Origin: an uncultured Rivularia sp.
Lineage (GTDB): Bacteria; Cyanobacteriota; Cyanobacteriia; Cyanobacteriales; Nostocaceae
DNA: 64,000 bases
NCBI GenBank assembly: GCA_963665115.1
Contig: OY762007.1
Span: 2,912,001-2,976,000 of the forward strand
Direction of reading: 5' to 3'
Shown: positions 62,544-64,000 of the stretch, one piece after another
Numbering within the stretch: position 1 is the first letter of the stretch
Layout: the number at the start of each line of letters is the position of its first letter
Program-made: the position numbers and the translations under genes
The notes under the pieces: model-generated
Seen by the model: the letters and a program-made list of their open reading frames with translations, nothing else
What the model was told of the DNA's origin: nothing
Database searches by the model: none

Positions 62544-63947
62544 TTAACCAGAAACAGAAGCAGTACCGTTAGTAGTTTCAGTTTTTGGTTCGATTGCCGG
62601 TGCTTGTGCTTCAGTTCCTTCTATACGCTCGATTTTTGCTCCTAGTTTCTGCAATTTCAAATCGAGTCTATCGTAACCACGATCGAGGTAATTCAATCCC
62701 TTAATTGTGGTTTCACCGCTTGCTGCTAAAGCCGCTACCACCATAGCAGCAGCAGCTCGTAAGTCAGTACCTTCAACGGGTGCGCCAGATAGCGTCGATA
62801 CTCCTCGAACAAAAGCAGAGTTGCCTTTAACGCGAATATCTGCTCCCAAGCGATTCAACTCGGAAGCGTGACGCAGACGATTTTCAAATACGGTTTCATT
62901 GATGATGCTATCGCCTTCTGCTACTGCTAGCAAAGACATAAACGGCGCTTGCATATCGGTGGGAAAACCTGGATGAGGCAAAGTTTCAATGTCTGTTGCC
63001 TTTAAAATTTGCGCTGGTTTGATACGCAAAGAATTAGTAGTTTCTTCAATTACAGGAACTCCGATTTCCTTCAATTTGGCAATCACCGGCATTAAATGCT
63101 CTGGCATCACGGGTGATAATAGTAATTCCGAACGAGTGATGGCTCCAGCAAGTAAGAATGTACCAGCTTCGATGCGATCGGGAATTACGTTGTAATCGGT
63201 GGAATGTAATTGAGGAACGCCTTTAATCACAATTTTACTTGTTCCGGCTCCTTCAATTTTTGCACCCATCGAAATACAGAAGTTAGCCAAATCAACTACT
63301 TCTGGTTCTCGTGCGGCATTTTCAATAATTGTTTCGCCGTCTGCTAAAGTCGCAGCCATCATTAATGTTTCGGTAGCTCCGACACTAGGAAGATCCAAGT
63401 AAATTTTGGCACCTTTGAGTCGGCGACTGCCATCGGTAACGCGAGCGTTACAAATACCATGTTCTATTTGAACTTCGGCTCCCATTGCTTGCAAACCACG
63501 GACGTGAAGATCCACTGGTCTTGCTCCAATTGCACAACCGCCGGGTAAAGGCATTTGTGCTTCTCCTAATCTTGCTAGAAGGGGTCCAATAGCAAAGAAA
63601 CTTGCTCTCAACTGAGTAACTAGCTCGTAAGGAGCCTTAGAGGTAGTAATTTCAGTAGCGTTGATGTCTATAATGTTGCCATTACGTGACAAGCGCATAC
63701 CTAAAGCTGACAAAACTTCACCCATCCGCGATACGTCTGCCAATAAGGGAACGTTGCGGATGCGACAATCTCCCGAACATAACAAAGCTCCAGCCATTAA
63801 CACTAAAGCAGAATTTTTCGCTCCGCTGATAGTTACGTGGCCATCGATTGTGCGCCCACCCCAAACTTTTAAGACTGAGGAGTCTGCTATCTGAGATAAA
63901 TTCGTGTCTGGTGAACCGTTAGAAGTATTAATAATTCTATCCTCCAT
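62544..63947 (-). CDS. murA: UDP-N-acetylglucosamine 1-carboxyvinyltransferase
   Basis: [46 protein letters not shown]. Confidence 0.97.
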   Translation of the reverse strand: MEDRIINTSNGSPDTNLSQIADSSVLKVWGGRTIDGHVTISGAKNSALVLMAGALLCSGDCRIRNVPLLADVSRMGEVLSALGMRLSRNGNIIDINATEITTSKAPYELVTQLRASFFAIGPLLARLGEAQMPLPGGCAIGARPVDLHVRGLQAMGAEVQIEHGICNARVTDGSRRLKGAKIYLDLPSVGATETLMMAATLADGETIIENAAREPEVVDLANFCISMGAKIEGAGTSKIVIKGVPQLHSTDYNVIPDRIEAGTFLLAGAITRSELLLSPVMPEHLMPVIAKLKEIGVPVIEETTNSLRIKPAQILKATDIETLPHPGFPTDMQAPFMSLLAVAEGDSIINETVFENRLRHASELNRLGADIRVKGNSAFVRGVSTLSGAPVEGTDLRAAAAMVVAALAASGETTIKGLNYLDRGYDRLDLKLQKLGAKIERIEGTEAQAPAIEPKTETTNGTASVSG

Positions 63948-64000
63948 ATAGTAATTAATGGATTTTATAAAGGAAGGAAGTTGGTTTTGATTCTACAGTA

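Noticed and set aside
756..63894. Numerous 60-115 aa ORFs antisense to or nested within long genes
   Set aside because: Shadow frames of well-supported CDSs with no independent motifs

Overview
64 kb from a filamentous, probably heterocyst-forming cyanobacterium (inferred from frequent HIP1 GCGATCGC sites, heptamer STRR repeats and hepA/hepC-like genes). Most of the window is a large surface-polysaccharide region. The left block (1-19.7 kb) has GT2/GT4 enzymes, a WcaF/HpsU-type acetyltransferase, two Wzc proteins, HepA-like and HepC-like genes and a Wzy-like protein. The right, minus-strand block (34-60 kb) has Wzm/Wzt, many glycosyltransferases, Glf plus a GlfT2-like enzyme, a UDP-glucuronate epimerase, and a PRPP synthetase next to two ribofuranosyltransferase-like genes. 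Between them lies a tandem lasso-peptide cluster (21.9-34 kb): B1-pseudoB2-C-A1-kinase-ABC-B1-B2-C-A2-kinase-nucleotidyltransferase. Precursor A1 has an unusually long 42-residue core with two Cys. Precursor A2 is missing from the ORF track and appears broken by a one-base G-run insertion that is probably a sequencing error; once corrected it has Asp8, two tail Cys and a C-terminal Ser. Near the right end, a small Lys/Arg-rich ORF with a KGKGG motif has a strong intrinsic terminator inside its coding sequence, the non-stop mRNA design of ArfA/BrfA-type ribosome rescue factors. Also present: tRNA-Gln(TTG), tRNA-Leu(CAA) overlapped by the end of an M48 peptidase gene, and murA. All calls are from reading motifs by eye; no searches were run.
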